DNA of 64,000 bases, from the IMG/VR virus record IMGVR_UViG_3300038443_001324; one strand, 5' to 3'. This document shows positions 28,088 to 37,492 of this stretch, piece by piece. How positions within the stretch are numbered: position 1 is the stretch's first letter; every line of letters starts with the position of its first letter. The position numbers were made by a program, and so were the translations under genes. This stretch comes from an uncultured virus (IMG/VR IMGVR_UViG_3300038443_001324). Its lineage: Duplodnaviria > Heunggongvirae > Uroviricota > Caudoviricetes. The notes beneath the pieces are model-generated. The model was given only the letters and a program-made list of their open reading frames with translations, was not told the DNA's origin and made no database searches.

Positions 28088-28459
28088 TTAAGCCTTGGCG
28101 CCGGCGTTGCGCAACAGCACGGGTACGATATCGCCCGGGTTGCCCGCAACCAGCGTCTCAGCAAGGATGTAGTTGCCCGCCGCGGCAGCGATCGCGGCGC
28201 CCGTGGCGTCGGACGTGATGAGCACGCCGGCATTGAGGGGCGCCGCGCCGATCACCACGCGCGGCGCGCCCTCGTAGGCCACCGTGGCGATGTTCCCGGC
28301 CAGCGGGTTGTTACGCAGCACTCCCATGGCTTGGCCGCCAGCCACGCTCACCGGGGCAATCAGGCCGGCCGCGTTCTGCGCGACGAAGCGGTTTTTTGCG
28401 CTCGTGCAATCGACAGCCGCCGTGCGCGAGAGCGACTTGATGTTCTGTTCAAAGCTCAT
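28088..28459 (-). CDS. Capsid decoration/cement protein
   Basis: Small Gly/Ala-rich beta protein (ITSDATGAA) upstream of the capsid gene. Confidence 0.7.
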   Translation of the reverse strand: MSFEQNIKSLSRTAAVDCTSAKNRFVAQNAAGLIAPVSVAGGQAMGVLRNNPLAGNIATVAYEGAPRVVIGAAPLNAGVLITSDATGAAIAAAAGNYILAETLVAGNPGDIVPVLLRNAGAKA

Positions 28460-28533
28460 GAGATCTCCGTGTGAGCCGTTACGAGATCGACGCCCGCAAG
28501 GGGCGCCGAGCCGGTTTCAACAGGGCGCGGTGA

Positions 28534-29565
28534 TTACCCGCGACGCTTCGCGACGTAGGCGTTGTAAAGCTCGGGGTGGTCTTTCATGGCCTGCTCGTAC
28601 GCCTTCGCGTGCGAGATGCCCTTGGACTTGGCGATCTCGTCGGCCTTGGCATTGAGCTGCGCTTCGGGGTCGTCGGCATTGGCCGCCGCGCCGGCGCTCA
28701 CGCCTGCCGAGCGGTACAGGCCGCCCTCACGCGCTTGCGCGCCCGCTGCCTTGAGCACGCCCTCGAGCTTGTCGGCGTCCTCCGCCGTGGTTTTTCCCTT
28801 GCGCACACGGGCGAGAAGCGGGCCGATGGCTTCGGGCTCGGGCGTGCCGATCTCGCGCGCCTTGGCGATCGCCTCGAGGTTGTCTTGTTGCTCGCGCATC
28901 TTCTCAACCGACTCGAGCGCCTGTTTGGTGGCCGCGCGATCGGCCAAGATGCGATTGCGCGCACCGGCCGGCAGGCTCTTCAAGAATTCCTCGTCTTCTT
29001 GCTCGGGCGTGAGCGACGTGGTGCGGCCCTTCTGCACCGCCTCGAGATCGGCCTTTTGCTTCGTAACCGTTGTTTCGAGCTCGGCGACACGCGCTTCAGC
29101 CGTATCGGCGCGCTGCTTGAGCACGACGTTATCGGCTTCGGCTTTCTCGAGAGCGGTGGACAATTCCTTCAGGTCCATGAAAATCTCCGTGATGGAAGCC
29201 GCAGCCAATGCGGCTGCGTTGGGATCAGCAGCGGGGCTCGCTGCAAGAGCTTTAGCGACCAGCTCGGTCGCAAAATCGGGGAGGTGTTGCAGCATTGCGA
29301 TGCGGATCTTGGAAACCGCATCGCCCGCCGGCGCTGGGCCAGCATTGGCAGAGGACGTGGCGGGATCGCCTTGGATCGCGCCGGGATTCGTGGGGTTGCC
29401 GGTGAGCGAACCGGTTTTTTTCTTCGGCTTGCCGTGCTCGTCGAGCTCGTTGCCGTGCTCGTCGACGTTGCGGCGCTTGATCACAACGATATCGGCGCCT
29501 TCGTTGGCGCCTTCATCGACGAGCGAGAGCTCATGCAGCCGCAGGGCAGTGAGGCGCTTAGGCAT
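28534..29565 (-). CDS. Scaffolding protein with an N-terminal protease-like segment
   Basis: LHELSLVDEGAN at the N-terminus, coiled coils, AYEQAMKDHPELY at the C-terminus. Confidence 0.75.
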   Translation of the reverse strand: MPKRLTALRLHELSLVDEGANEGADIVVIKRRNVDEHGNELDEHGKPKKKTGSLTGNPTNPGAIQGDPATSSANAGPAPAGDAVSKIRIAMLQHLPDFATELVAKALAASPAADPNAAALAAASITEIFMDLKELSTALEKAEADNVVLKQRADTAEARVAELETTVTKQKADLEAVQKGRTTSLTPEQEDEEFLKSLPAGARNRILADRAATKQALESVEKMREQQDNLEAIAKAREIGTPEPEAIGPLLARVRKGKTTAEDADKLEGVLKAAGAQAREGGLYRSAGVSAGAAANADDPEAQLNAKADEIAKSKGISHAKAYEQAMKDHPELYNAYVAKRRG

Positions 29566-29962
29566 GGTTTTCGATCTCCACACGCCGGCCAACACCGCCG
29601 ATGCTGAATTGCTTCAGCTCGCCATCGCGGATGCGCTTTTGCACCGTTTCGTCGTTCACGCGCATCCCGACGAACCAGCCGCGGCGCGAGTCGGCCATGC
29701 CGAGCGCTTTGGCGATATCGTCGTCGATGATCAGCGATTCCACGACCTCGCCGATCTGCGAGCCGCCGTGCATGGCTTTGCCGACGCGAACATCGGAAAT
29801 GAAATCGTGGGCGGCCCGGCGCAGATCGTCGATATCGATCACATCGCCCTGCCAATCCTCGATAGGCTTGCCGTCTTGTGAAACGACAGACGCCCAGCCG
29901 CGCACGTAGCTGCCAGCGCTATTAGCCTTCGAAAAGGCGAAGGTGATGCCGATCTGTTCCAA
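29558..29962 (-). CDS. XkdF-like prohead serine protease
   Basis: GWASV...D.QGD.I...MHGG...GEVVES...GWFVG...FSIGG. Confidence 0.8.
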   Translation of the reverse strand: MEQIGITFAFSKANSAGSYVRGWASVVSQDGKPIEDWQGDVIDIDDLRRAAHDFISDVRVGKAMHGGSQIGEVVESLIIDDDIAKALGMADSRRGWFVGMRVNDETVQKRIRDGELKQFSIGGVGRRVEIENHA

Positions 29963-30132
29963 GGGAACCCTTCGGGGAAATGAGCCGCGGGATGCAGCGC
30001 GCCGTTAGGTGCCGTGGTGGCCGGGGGCGCTGCTGGCTTATCTCAGTGGTGGTCCGAAGGGGGAAAGCGAAGAATGCCGCGTATCTTAGCTGCGATCTGC
30101 CGCATTGTGCAACAGAACGCGATCCAAACGTA

Positions 30133-30525
30133 TCAATGAATCAGGGCGATACGCACCGTGAAGAGATCGGTATAGCGATCGGCGAGAGCCTTAAACGCGT
30201 TTTCGGCGCCAGCAGTATCACTCGAGAGCGCGAGATCCTTGAGCACGCTATACACCTCGAGCGTGAGGATGGCGCAGGCACCGCGCAGCACGGCCTCGGC
30301 GTCGCGTAGATCCGCCGGCAAGTGCATGTAAAGCTGCTCGTGCGCTTGCTCGGCGATGCGGTGCGCGTCGGCGCGGGAGTTGAGCGCTTCGGCCAACTGG
30401 TTGCTCGATTCGAGATCGCACGCCTGCGCGACCGGGCCGCTCATGGCGCCGCCCATCACCGCGCCATAGCGCTCGTTGATGCCGTTGATATGCACCTTGA
30501 CGTAGTTGTCGATCGACTCTTTCAT
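30133..30525 (-). CDS. Hypothetical helical protein, paralog of 30522-31070
   Basis: EAVL...ILTLEVYSVL...YTDLF. Confidence 0.65.
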   Translation of the reverse strand: MKESIDNYVKVHINGINERYGAVMGGAMSGPVAQACDLESSNQLAEALNSRADAHRIAEQAHEQLYMHLPADLRDAEAVLRGACAILTLEVYSVLKDLALSSDTAGAENAFKALADRYTDLFTVRIALIH

Positions 30526-31070
30526 GCCTGCACGTCCTGCTTCTGATAGGTTTCGCCGTCCACCACGGGCAGCCCGACGAAGAGGTTGGTGAAGTCGCCC
30601 GCGACGCCCTCGAGCGAGCCGGTAGCGTTCTGCTCGTCGCCATCGGCGGCAAGCTGCTGCAGCACACCGTACACCTCGAGCACGAGGATCGAGACGGCTT
30701 GCAGCACTGCCTCGTCGTCATCGGTGGTCGCTTGCTCTGTGATCGCGTCGGCGAGTACTTCGCGGATGGCGTTGCCCAGGCCGTGCGGGTTCCAATTCCC
30801 GACCGTTTCGTATGCCTCTACCTTACCCGCGAGGATGTTGGCAAGCTGCGTGATCGCCGCAGTATCGCCGGCGACGGCCGCGCCTTGCTCCATCTCGCCA
30901 TCGGCCACGGCGCCGGCGCGCTGCATCACGCCGCTCACGAGCTCGCGAACGAGCCTGTCGACCACTTCGGGATCACCCAGGTACGGCTTGCCACTATTGG
31001 CCTTGCCAACTGCGATATGGAGGCCCGACGAGCCGGGCTTGGTGGTGGTGTCCATGGTGAAGGCCATCAT
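30522..31070 (-). CDS. Hypothetical acidic helical protein
   Basis: EAVL...ILVLEVYGVL...FTNLF; 4-nt overlaps with both neighbours. Confidence 0.7.
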   Translation of the reverse strand: MMAFTMDTTTKPGSSGLHIAVGKANSGKPYLGDPEVVDRLVRELVSGVMQRAGAVADGEMEQGAAVAGDTAAITQLANILAGKVEAYETVGNWNPHGLGNAIREVLADAITEQATTDDDEAVLQAVSILVLEVYGVLQQLAADGDEQNATGSLEGVAGDFTNLFVGLPVVDGETYQKQDVQA

Positions 31071-34000
31071 TTTTCCTTGTCGCTCGAGTGCGTGGGCAGC
31101 ACGATCGCGTGCACGATATGCGCCGGGCCGTTGCCAAATCCATCCTTGTCGCCACCGGCTGGCGCCGTTTCGACCTTCTGTATGTGCAGCCGAGTATTGG
31201 CCGGCAAAAGGATCTCTTTCTCGCCGCTAAAGTGCGAAATCGAGCCCTTGGTGCCGCTCGATCCTTGACCGACATACAGCCCCTTCACGCCGGGCCCGAC
31301 CGTGAGCTTCAGGTGCACATTGCCGCCCCACACTTTCGGGCTGATCGACGTGGACATGATAGCGGGTTCCTGCAGCACCTTGCCGGTGCTGTTGAGGATC
31401 TGATGCAGATCTTCGCCGCTCACGCTGATCTTGCGCGAGAGCACAGTGCCGGGGGCGATTTCGTGGCCCACCGTATGAATGGCTGCGTTGGCAGACTTGG
31501 CCGTTTCGTTCGGCGCGCCCTTCCAAAGCGAGCTGTTGATCTCGTGATAGCCCGAGCCGGTATAGCTTTTCACCGCCTCTTGCTGCGTTGAGGGGAGCTT
31601 GGAAAACGCCGCTTTTGCCTGCGCGGCATAGGTCGACGTCGAGAGCTTGCCATTGGCCTCGGTAATATGGGGCATCTCGAGTGGCTGGCCGAGCTTGCCC
31701 GGTGCGCCGAGCTCGATGTACTTACCGACATTCTTGATTCCCGAGCCGGCCGTCGCGCCCTTGTGCGTCGGGTACATCGCGTCGAGCGCCTTGAGCGGGT
31801 GCCCATCGGTGAAGCGGAACGTCTTGGGCGGGTTCAGCTGCGCGTCGATCTCGTTTTTCATCTGCAGCGCGTAGCCCTTCACGTGCTGCGATGGGTGCGC
31901 GAGCGGCGAAACATCGGTCTTTTCGCCCGTTGTCTTGTTGATCAGCGGCAGCTTGAGCGCGTCGATCGCCTCGGGCTTGCCCGTCTTGGCCGCCTCGTAG
32001 ATCGAATGCGTGGCCCAATGGTTAGCCTGGTTCACCGCCTCATTGCTCGAGGGGCCGGGCTTGCCGGTTGCGCCCCACGACAGGAAGTTTGGCGGGGACG
32101 TGAGCTTGCCCGGATCGAATACGGGCGCCTTCTTCGCGGGCTTGACCGGCGCTGCGGGCTCGGGGCTCTTGTGCGCGGCGAGCTGCTCGCCCACTTCGGC
32201 CGGCTTGCTCGAGCCGAGCGCGGCCAGTAAATCGGCCTGGTATGCGGCCGCCTTCTTCCCGAAGGTGTTGGATCCGAACGAATGTGCCTTGATGGCATCG
32301 ATCGCGGCCTGCTGCTCGATCTTCCCATCGGCATACGCCTGCGCGTGCGCGTGCATGTCGTCGACCTTCTTGAGCAGCCCTAGATTGGGGTTCGCGGCGC
32401 TCGATAGCTTGTCGGGCTTGGCCGGTACCGCAATCGGGGCCTTGGCGGCCGCGGCGTGCGCGGCGGCCGCCTCGACGTGCGTTTCTGCTTTGGGCGTGGC
32501 CGAGCTGTTCTTCGCGGCTAGATCTGCCTTGATCGCATCACCGTAGGCGTGGATCTTTTTGCCATAGACCGTGTTGGTCGGCACGTTATTGAGCGTGAGC
32601 TCGACGGCCGCCTTGTTGCCGGCCGCGTGCGCTGCCTCGAGCTCGTCGGCGATCGCGTTGTAGTGCTTTCCACCGGCGCTCGATGCAAAAAACGCGGGTT
32701 TCTGGACAGACTGCGTTTCGATATCGTTTTGATGGTGAGAGGATGCGGGATCACTGGAATGGTGATTGTTTTCGGGAGCGCCCACCTTCGCGGCGAGATC
32801 CTGCTGGCGTGCAAGCAGCTTGGCGGTGAGCGCGGCCTTATGGGCAGCGTCGCCCGGGCCGTAGGTGTTCACGAGCTTGCCGATCGTGCGCGGCGAGAGC
32901 GCGAGTACTCCTTTGGCGCTCTCGGCGATATCACTATGCGTCATGCCGCCATAGACCGAGGCGGCCGAGGCGTTCTTCGTCGCATCGCGCATCGTGTCGA
33001 GCTCGCCCACCTCGGTACCGAACGCAGCGCCTTTCTTGCCGCCGGTAGCGCGGTATTCAAGCGCGCCGCCCGGATCGATGTGCAGCGCATGGCCGCCGTG
33101 CATCACCGTGTTGTCGTGCGCAAGGCCGATGGAATCCCAATTAGCAAGCCAGGCATGCGCGGCGAAATCCTTCTGTGCGGCCTTCACGTGCGAGGCGTCG
33201 CCGGCGTCGAGCTTCTGCGCGCCGTCTACCCACTTCGAGGCCACGCCGAGGCCGCCTTTATGAGCACCTCCCAGCTCGACGAGTTGCATGTCGGCCGTCT
33301 TGGCGCCCGCGGCGTTGAGCAGGTGCGAGGCGAGCACCTCGCTTTTGGCCATGTCATCGTCGCCGTAGCTCTTCACGAGCCACTTTTGCCCATGCGGGTC
33401 GGTGTAAAGCGCGCCATCGCTTGAGCCGCCGGGCTTGCTGCCCACCTTCTTCCACTCCGATAGCTTCGCAGGCCCGGCTAGCTTGGTGGCGCTGGCCACC
33501 GCCTGCGTCTTCGACTCTTTCTCGGCGAGCAGCTCTTTGCCGTACTGGTGCGCCTGCGCTGCCCACTTGTCGTGCGAGTTGAGCTGCGCCTTGCCCCCAT
33601 GCATGGCAACCTTGGCCGATAGCTTGTCGACGGCCGCCTGCACATGCTTCCAGTCGCCGGCGGCCGCCGCCTTGTGCATCCCCTGGGCGATCTTCTGATA
33701 CGTGGGGTTCGTGGCCGAGCCGATTTTTGGCGGCTCGGTGAAGCCGTCTGCGCCGGCCGCCTTGAACTGGCCGCCGAGCGGTGAGCCTTTGGGCCAGCGC
33801 GCCTGATTCGGGTTGTATCCCTTCTGGACCGGGTGCGGCGTTTCCCAATCGAAGTCGGCCGCAATGCCCTTGTCGACCGGCTTGTTGAGATACTGCTGCA
33901 GCTGCTCGCGCGGCACGAGCCGCATCGCTTGCGTTTCCCAGCCCATGTCTTTCGGCGTGCCACCCACGCGCTCGGCCGTGTACATGCGTGCGCGGCTTGT

Positions 34001-34666
34001 ATCGCGGTCGTAATCGCCCAGCACGCCCGTGATACGCACCTTCAGGCCCGTTTCCTCATAGGCCTCTTTGATGGCGTTCTGCTGCATCGTGAGGCCCATC
34101 TCGGCGCCGCCCTTGGGGAACGTGTGCTGATAGCCGCCGTACTGGTTCGTGGGCTTGGTGAGCCACACTCGGCCATCTGGCTCATGGATGATCACGCCGG
34201 CGGCCGAGTACTTCGTCGGGTGCTGCGCGAACGGCGCGTCGTGCTCGAGCGCGGGGTTGGTGCCCTCGACCTTCTTCCATCCCTCGTGATCGGTTGGCGC
34301 ATCGTGCCAGGGCGTGAGCGGCACGCCATTGATCGCATCGGGGGTCTTGCCGCCTGGCGTGAATGTGGCCGTCTTGCCCGGGTTGTGCCACGTGCTCGAG
34401 CTGCTCGCGGGCGTGGGCGAATGAACGACTACGGCATTGCCGAGATCGTCGTGCTGGGGGTGCAAGATAGCGCCCTTGGGCAGCACGCCGTGCGCGGTTT
34501 TGGTGGATCCATGGAACAGATCGCCGCTTGCATCGTCGCCGGCGCCCTTGGGCGCGAACTGGCCGCCCTTGGGCGTGCCTTTGGGCCAGCGGGCCACATT
34601 CAGCGATTTATCAATCTTCTCGTAAAGCAGCCGCGCATCGAGCAGCGGCAGATCGGAACGGCGCAT
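31067..34666 (-). CDS. Polyvalent head-module protein: Nudix + kinase-like + VIP2/Alt-like ADP-ribosyltransferase
   Basis: Nudix box KGGAEMGLTMQQNAIKEAYEETG; kinase-like GGSSDG...LVK...EVLAS...WD...DN...IDPG; ART motifs YTGSGYHEIN, LSRK, MSTS, GEKEILL. Confidence 0.85.
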   Translation of the reverse strand: MRRSDLPLLDARLLYEKIDKSLNVARWPKGTPKGGQFAPKGAGDDASGDLFHGSTKTAHGVLPKGAILHPQHDDLGNAVVVHSPTPASSSSTWHNPGKTATFTPGGKTPDAINGVPLTPWHDAPTDHEGWKKVEGTNPALEHDAPFAQHPTKYSAAGVIIHEPDGRVWLTKPTNQYGGYQHTFPKGGAEMGLTMQQNAIKEAYEETGLKVRITGVLGDYDRDTSRARMYTAERVGGTPKDMGWETQAMRLVPREQLQQYLNKPVDKGIAADFDWETPHPVQKGYNPNQARWPKGSPLGGQFKAAGADGFTEPPKIGSATNPTYQKIAQGMHKAAAAGDWKHVQAAVDKLSAKVAMHGGKAQLNSHDKWAAQAHQYGKELLAEKESKTQAVASATKLAGPAKLSEWKKVGSKPGGSSDGALYTDPHGQKWLVKSYGDDDMAKSEVLASHLLNAAGAKTADMQLVELGGAHKGGLGVASKWVDGAQKLDAGDASHVKAAQKDFAAHAWLANWDSIGLAHDNTVMHGGHALHIDPGGALEYRATGGKKGAAFGTEVGELDTMRDATKNASAASVYGGMTHSDIAESAKGVLALSPRTIGKLVNTYGPGDAAHKAALTAKLLARQQDLAAKVGAPENNHHSSDPASSHHQNDIETQSVQKPAFFASSAGGKHYNAIADELEAAHAAGNKAAVELTLNNVPTNTVYGKKIHAYGDAIKADLAAKNSSATPKAETHVEAAAAHAAAAKAPIAVPAKPDKLSSAANPNLGLLKKVDDMHAHAQAYADGKIEQQAAIDAIKAHSFGSNTFGKKAAAYQADLLAALGSSKPAEVGEQLAAHKSPEPAAPVKPAKKAPVFDPGKLTSPPNFLSWGATGKPGPSSNEAVNQANHWATHSIYEAAKTGKPEAIDALKLPLINKTTGEKTDVSPLAHPSQHVKGYALQMKNEIDAQLNPPKTFRFTDGHPLKALDAMYPTHKGATAGSGIKNVGKYIELGAPGKLGQPLEMPHITEANGKLSTSTYAAQAKAAFSKLPSTQQEAVKSYTGSGYHEINSSLWKGAPNETAKSANAAIHTVGHEIAPGTVLSRKISVSGEDLHQILNSTGKVLQEPAIMSTSISPKVWGGNVHLKLTVGPGVKGLYVGQGSSGTKGSISHFSGEKEILLPANTRLHIQKVETAPAGGDKDGFGNGPAHIVHAIVLPTHSSDKEK

Positions 34667-34786
34667 GACACCCCTCGTCGCAATGGGAAGCACGACGCAG
34701 GCGCGTCGCGGCGGGCATCGACAAGGGGGCGAACGAAGGGAGGGAGCGGGGAGCGCGCGGGCATGGCGCCGCGCGCGGGTGTGAGT

Positions 34787-35029
34787 TTAACGTTTCTTCT
34801 CGTCTTCGAGCTTGTGCTTTATGGCGAGCGCGATGAATGCGGCGCGGCTCATGCCCAGCTCGGCCGCGCGCTCGTCGGCCTGCGCGAGCAGGGTGGGGCG
34901 CACGCCGATGCTGATCACCGTCTTTTTCTCTCGAATCGGCTTGTCCGGACGGTAATCTGGCGCAGCCTGCACGAAGCGCTCGAGGGCCTTTTCCTTGTCT
35001 GCGATGTTGGGGCGCTTTGGGATAGCCAT
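34787..35029 (-). CDS. Ribbon-helix-helix protein (ParG/CopG-like partner of ParA)
   Basis: ISIGVRPTLLAQADERAAELGMSRAAFI; coupled to ParA. Confidence 0.75.
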   Translation of the reverse strand: MAIPKRPNIADKEKALERFVQAAPDYRPDKPIREKKTVISIGVRPTLLAQADERAAELGMSRAAFIALAIKHKLEDEKKR

Positions 35030-35730
35030 TACGCAGCCTCCACCGGACGGACGTCAAATTCGCCCGTGCGCAACATGCTCACGAGCGTGTTGATCTCGTT
35101 GATAGCCGATTGCACCGAGGCCTTCGAGGTGGCCAGCTCGGCCACATAGCGGCCGGTCGTGCTCGCGGTCGGGATCACCTTGCGATCGCCGATCATGAGC
35201 TGCAGCGGCTTCATGTAAGGGAATTCGGCCACCGAGGCGATCGCTTCCTCGTTGTCGCCCCCGGAAGAATCGGCCTCATTGAGCAGGGCATAGACGTCCA
35301 GGTCATCGCGCACCCCGAGCACATCGAGCATGAGGGCGTCGAACTTGGCCAGCGCCCACGTATCGAACCCGCGCGGCTTGAAAGGCACGATCAGGGCGTC
35401 GGCGAGAGTGAGCGCGGCGCGCAGCGCGCCGTTATCATTGCCGCCGACGTCGATGATCGTGAAATCGTAGCGGGCCGATTGGCGCCGCACCTGCGTGCGC
35501 AGCACGTCTGCCTTGTGATAGCAGGCGGCGTCGATATGCCCCTCGCCGCGTTGCGCGCGCATGGTGATCGCATCGAGCCCGCTTGACTGCTCGTCGCCGT
35601 CGACGAACCATACAGAGCTGGCGGGCGCGCCCGGGTAGGCAGGTAGGGAAAGGCCTATTGCGGCCTGGACGGCGAGCGTGGATTTGCCCACGCCGCCCTT
35701 GGAGTTGCCAAAGACGTAGATTTTCGACAT
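35029..35730 (-). CDS. parA: ParA-family partition ATPase (short type Ib-like)
   Basis: Deviant Walker A KGGVGKST, VDGDEQ, IIDVGG; start MSKIY. Confidence 0.9.
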   Translation of the reverse strand: MSKIYVFGNSKGGVGKSTLAVQAAIGLSLPAYPGAPASSVWFVDGDEQSSGLDAITMRAQRGEGHIDAACYHKADVLRTQVRRQSARYDFTIIDVGGNDNGALRAALTLADALIVPFKPRGFDTWALAKFDALMLDVLGVRDDLDVYALLNEADSSGGDNEEAIASVAEFPYMKPLQLMIGDRKVIPTASTTGRYVAELATSKASVQSAINEINTLVSMLRTGEFDVRPVEAA

Positions 35731-35784
35731 GGTGATCCTCTCTGAAGGTGCCGCGGGCGAGGTCGCTGAATTGATATCGACGCG

Positions 35785-35813
35785 ATGGTATATCGCCCGC
35801 GTCAGTCCATCAA
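35785..35813 (-). promoter_or_regulatory. Putative sigma70 promoter of the parA cassette
   Basis: TTGATG-17 nt-TACCAT on the minus strand. Confidence 0.5.
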
Positions 35814-36931
35814 GAATCTTCATCCTCGAGCTGCTGGGGCTCGTATTGCTGGATCCACTCGGTGCATCGGCAAGAGGGGTGCAGCGGGCCGTGCATCGCA
35901 TCGCCCAGCGGCGTCTTAAAGGGCTCGTCGAACTTCACGCCGCGACCCGGGTTCATGCGCGGGACCGGCGCGCACCACTGGCATAGCCGCTCGTCATGCG
36001 TAACGATCCATGAGCGGCGCACGAGCTCCTGATTTACCTTGCCGGTTGCGATCGCCTGCACCCAGGCCTGCCTCGCGCCGGCGTTGAGCGCCCGCATCGA
36101 CTCCGTGCGCGCGATGGTCTGCGCCCGATATTTCAGGTACTTGCGCGAGTAGGCGTCGACCATTTTGTCGATATCGGCCTGCGAGAGCGGCTTGCCGCTT
36201 TGCACGGCGCCCTGCAGCTTGCGGTCGTAGCGGAAATCGCGCAGCCGGCGACGCATGATGCCGTCCTGCGGATTGCCGTTTTCGTTTGGCTTGAACACCT
36301 GCGAGCCGTTCACGCGGTCGATCTTGTTGCCCAGCCCCCAGCCGGCCGCGCCGGTCGTATGGATCGCCTCGAGCTGGCGCCGGAAGTTGATCACCGCCTG
36401 CGCCTGCTTATCGGTGAGCCCGATGATCTGCTGCACGTCGACGGCCGCCTGCTTGGGGTTGGCGCCGCGGATCAGTGAATCGTTGAGCACCTGGCGCACG
36501 CCCGCCTTGGTGTTGTCGTTGATCTGGCGAATCAGTGCGAGCTGATAGCGCTGCATGAAATTGACCACCGCCGGGTTGTGCTCGTCGAATGTGAAGCGCA
36601 CTTCGGCCATCGGCACCGCGATCGAGTGCGAGGTGAGCACGGCGCCGGCGATCGTCGCCGCGGCGAGCTCTTTACCCACCGGGCCGGCCGCAATCGAGTA
36701 CTCGTCAAGGTGCAGCAGGTTCGTTACTGCCTCGGCATCGCCCGACTCGAGCGCAGCGGTGAGCTGGTCGATATCGATATCACGCTGATACGCGAGCGCG
36801 TCGAGGATAGCCTGCTGCAGCTCGGGCTCGAACTGGCTGGCCAGTTGCTCAAGCTTTTCCGCATCGTCCGGGGTCACCCGCTTTGCGAAGTCGGTATACC
36901 GCACATAACGCCCATCAGCTATTAGTGTCAT
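35810..36931 (-). CDS. MuF/SPP1 gp7-like minor head protein
   Basis: RAQTIARTE, W....DERLC..C, PLHPSCRC. Confidence 0.88.
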   Translation of the reverse strand: MTLIADGRYVRYTDFAKRVTPDDAEKLEQLASQFEPELQQAILDALAYQRDIDIDQLTAALESGDAEAVTNLLHLDEYSIAAGPVGKELAAATIAGAVLTSHSIAVPMAEVRFTFDEHNPAVVNFMQRYQLALIRQINDNTKAGVRQVLNDSLIRGANPKQAAVDVQQIIGLTDKQAQAVINFRRQLEAIHTTGAAGWGLGNKIDRVNGSQVFKPNENGNPQDGIMRRRLRDFRYDRKLQGAVQSGKPLSQADIDKMVDAYSRKYLKYRAQTIARTESMRALNAGARQAWVQAIATGKVNQELVRRSWIVTHDERLCQWCAPVPRMNPGRGVKFDEPFKTPLGDAMHGPLHPSCRCTEWIQQYEPQQLEDEDS

Positions 36932-36949
36932 AGCGTTGATATTCTCGTG

Positions 36950-36995
36950 TTGACATTGGCGCACTATGCGCCATATGATTGTCACCGAAGTGATA
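36950..36995 (+). promoter_or_regulatory. Sigma70 promoter with operator box A and box B
   Basis: TTGACA-18 nt-TATGAT; TGGCGCA-cta-TGCGCCA in the spacer; TGTCAC-cgaa-GTGATA downstream. Confidence 0.75.
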
Positions 36996-37013
36996 CAAAG
37001 ACGGGGGAAAACG

Positions 37014-37400
37014 ATGGCGGATGAATCCTACACTAAGCCACCCAAGGCGGGCGATCAGCTTGAGCTATCGCTCGGGCTCGAGTGCACGATGGGGCCAGCA
37101 GGCACCGGCGGGGGAACGATGACGCTCGTTCACGAGCTGTGCACGGCCCGCATCACGAAAGAGGGCAAAGCGCTCGGCGAGGTTTGCGGCATGATCGGCG
37201 GCGGCATTCAGCTCCACGATGAACGCGACGGCTCTGTGTGGCACCTCACCGCGCTCGATATCTTCAGGGCTTACGACAAGGCCCGCGCATTCCAGGTGTT
37301 TGAGCGCGCGCGGGCAGCAATTCAGGGGGGGGAGCCCAATGAGCAAGCGCAGCAGGGAAAAGCGCGCAACGCCGCGCGGCGCGTACGAGCCGGCAGATAA
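37014..37400 (+). CDS. Hypothetical early protein
   Basis: GGGGGA RBS; first gene after the promoter. Confidence 0.6.
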   Translation: MADESYTKPPKAGDQLELSLGLECTMGPAGTGGGTMTLVHELCTARITKEGKALGEVCGMIGGGIQLHDERDGSVWHLTALDIFRAYDKARAFQVFERARAAIQGGEPNEQAQQGKARNAARRVRAGR

Positions 37401-37492
37401 CGAATCGCTCGAGCGGGCCTTCGCGCAGCTCGCCGGCGAACATGAGCCGGCCGATGCGCCGGCGTACCCTTTCGATCCCGAAGACGAAGAAA

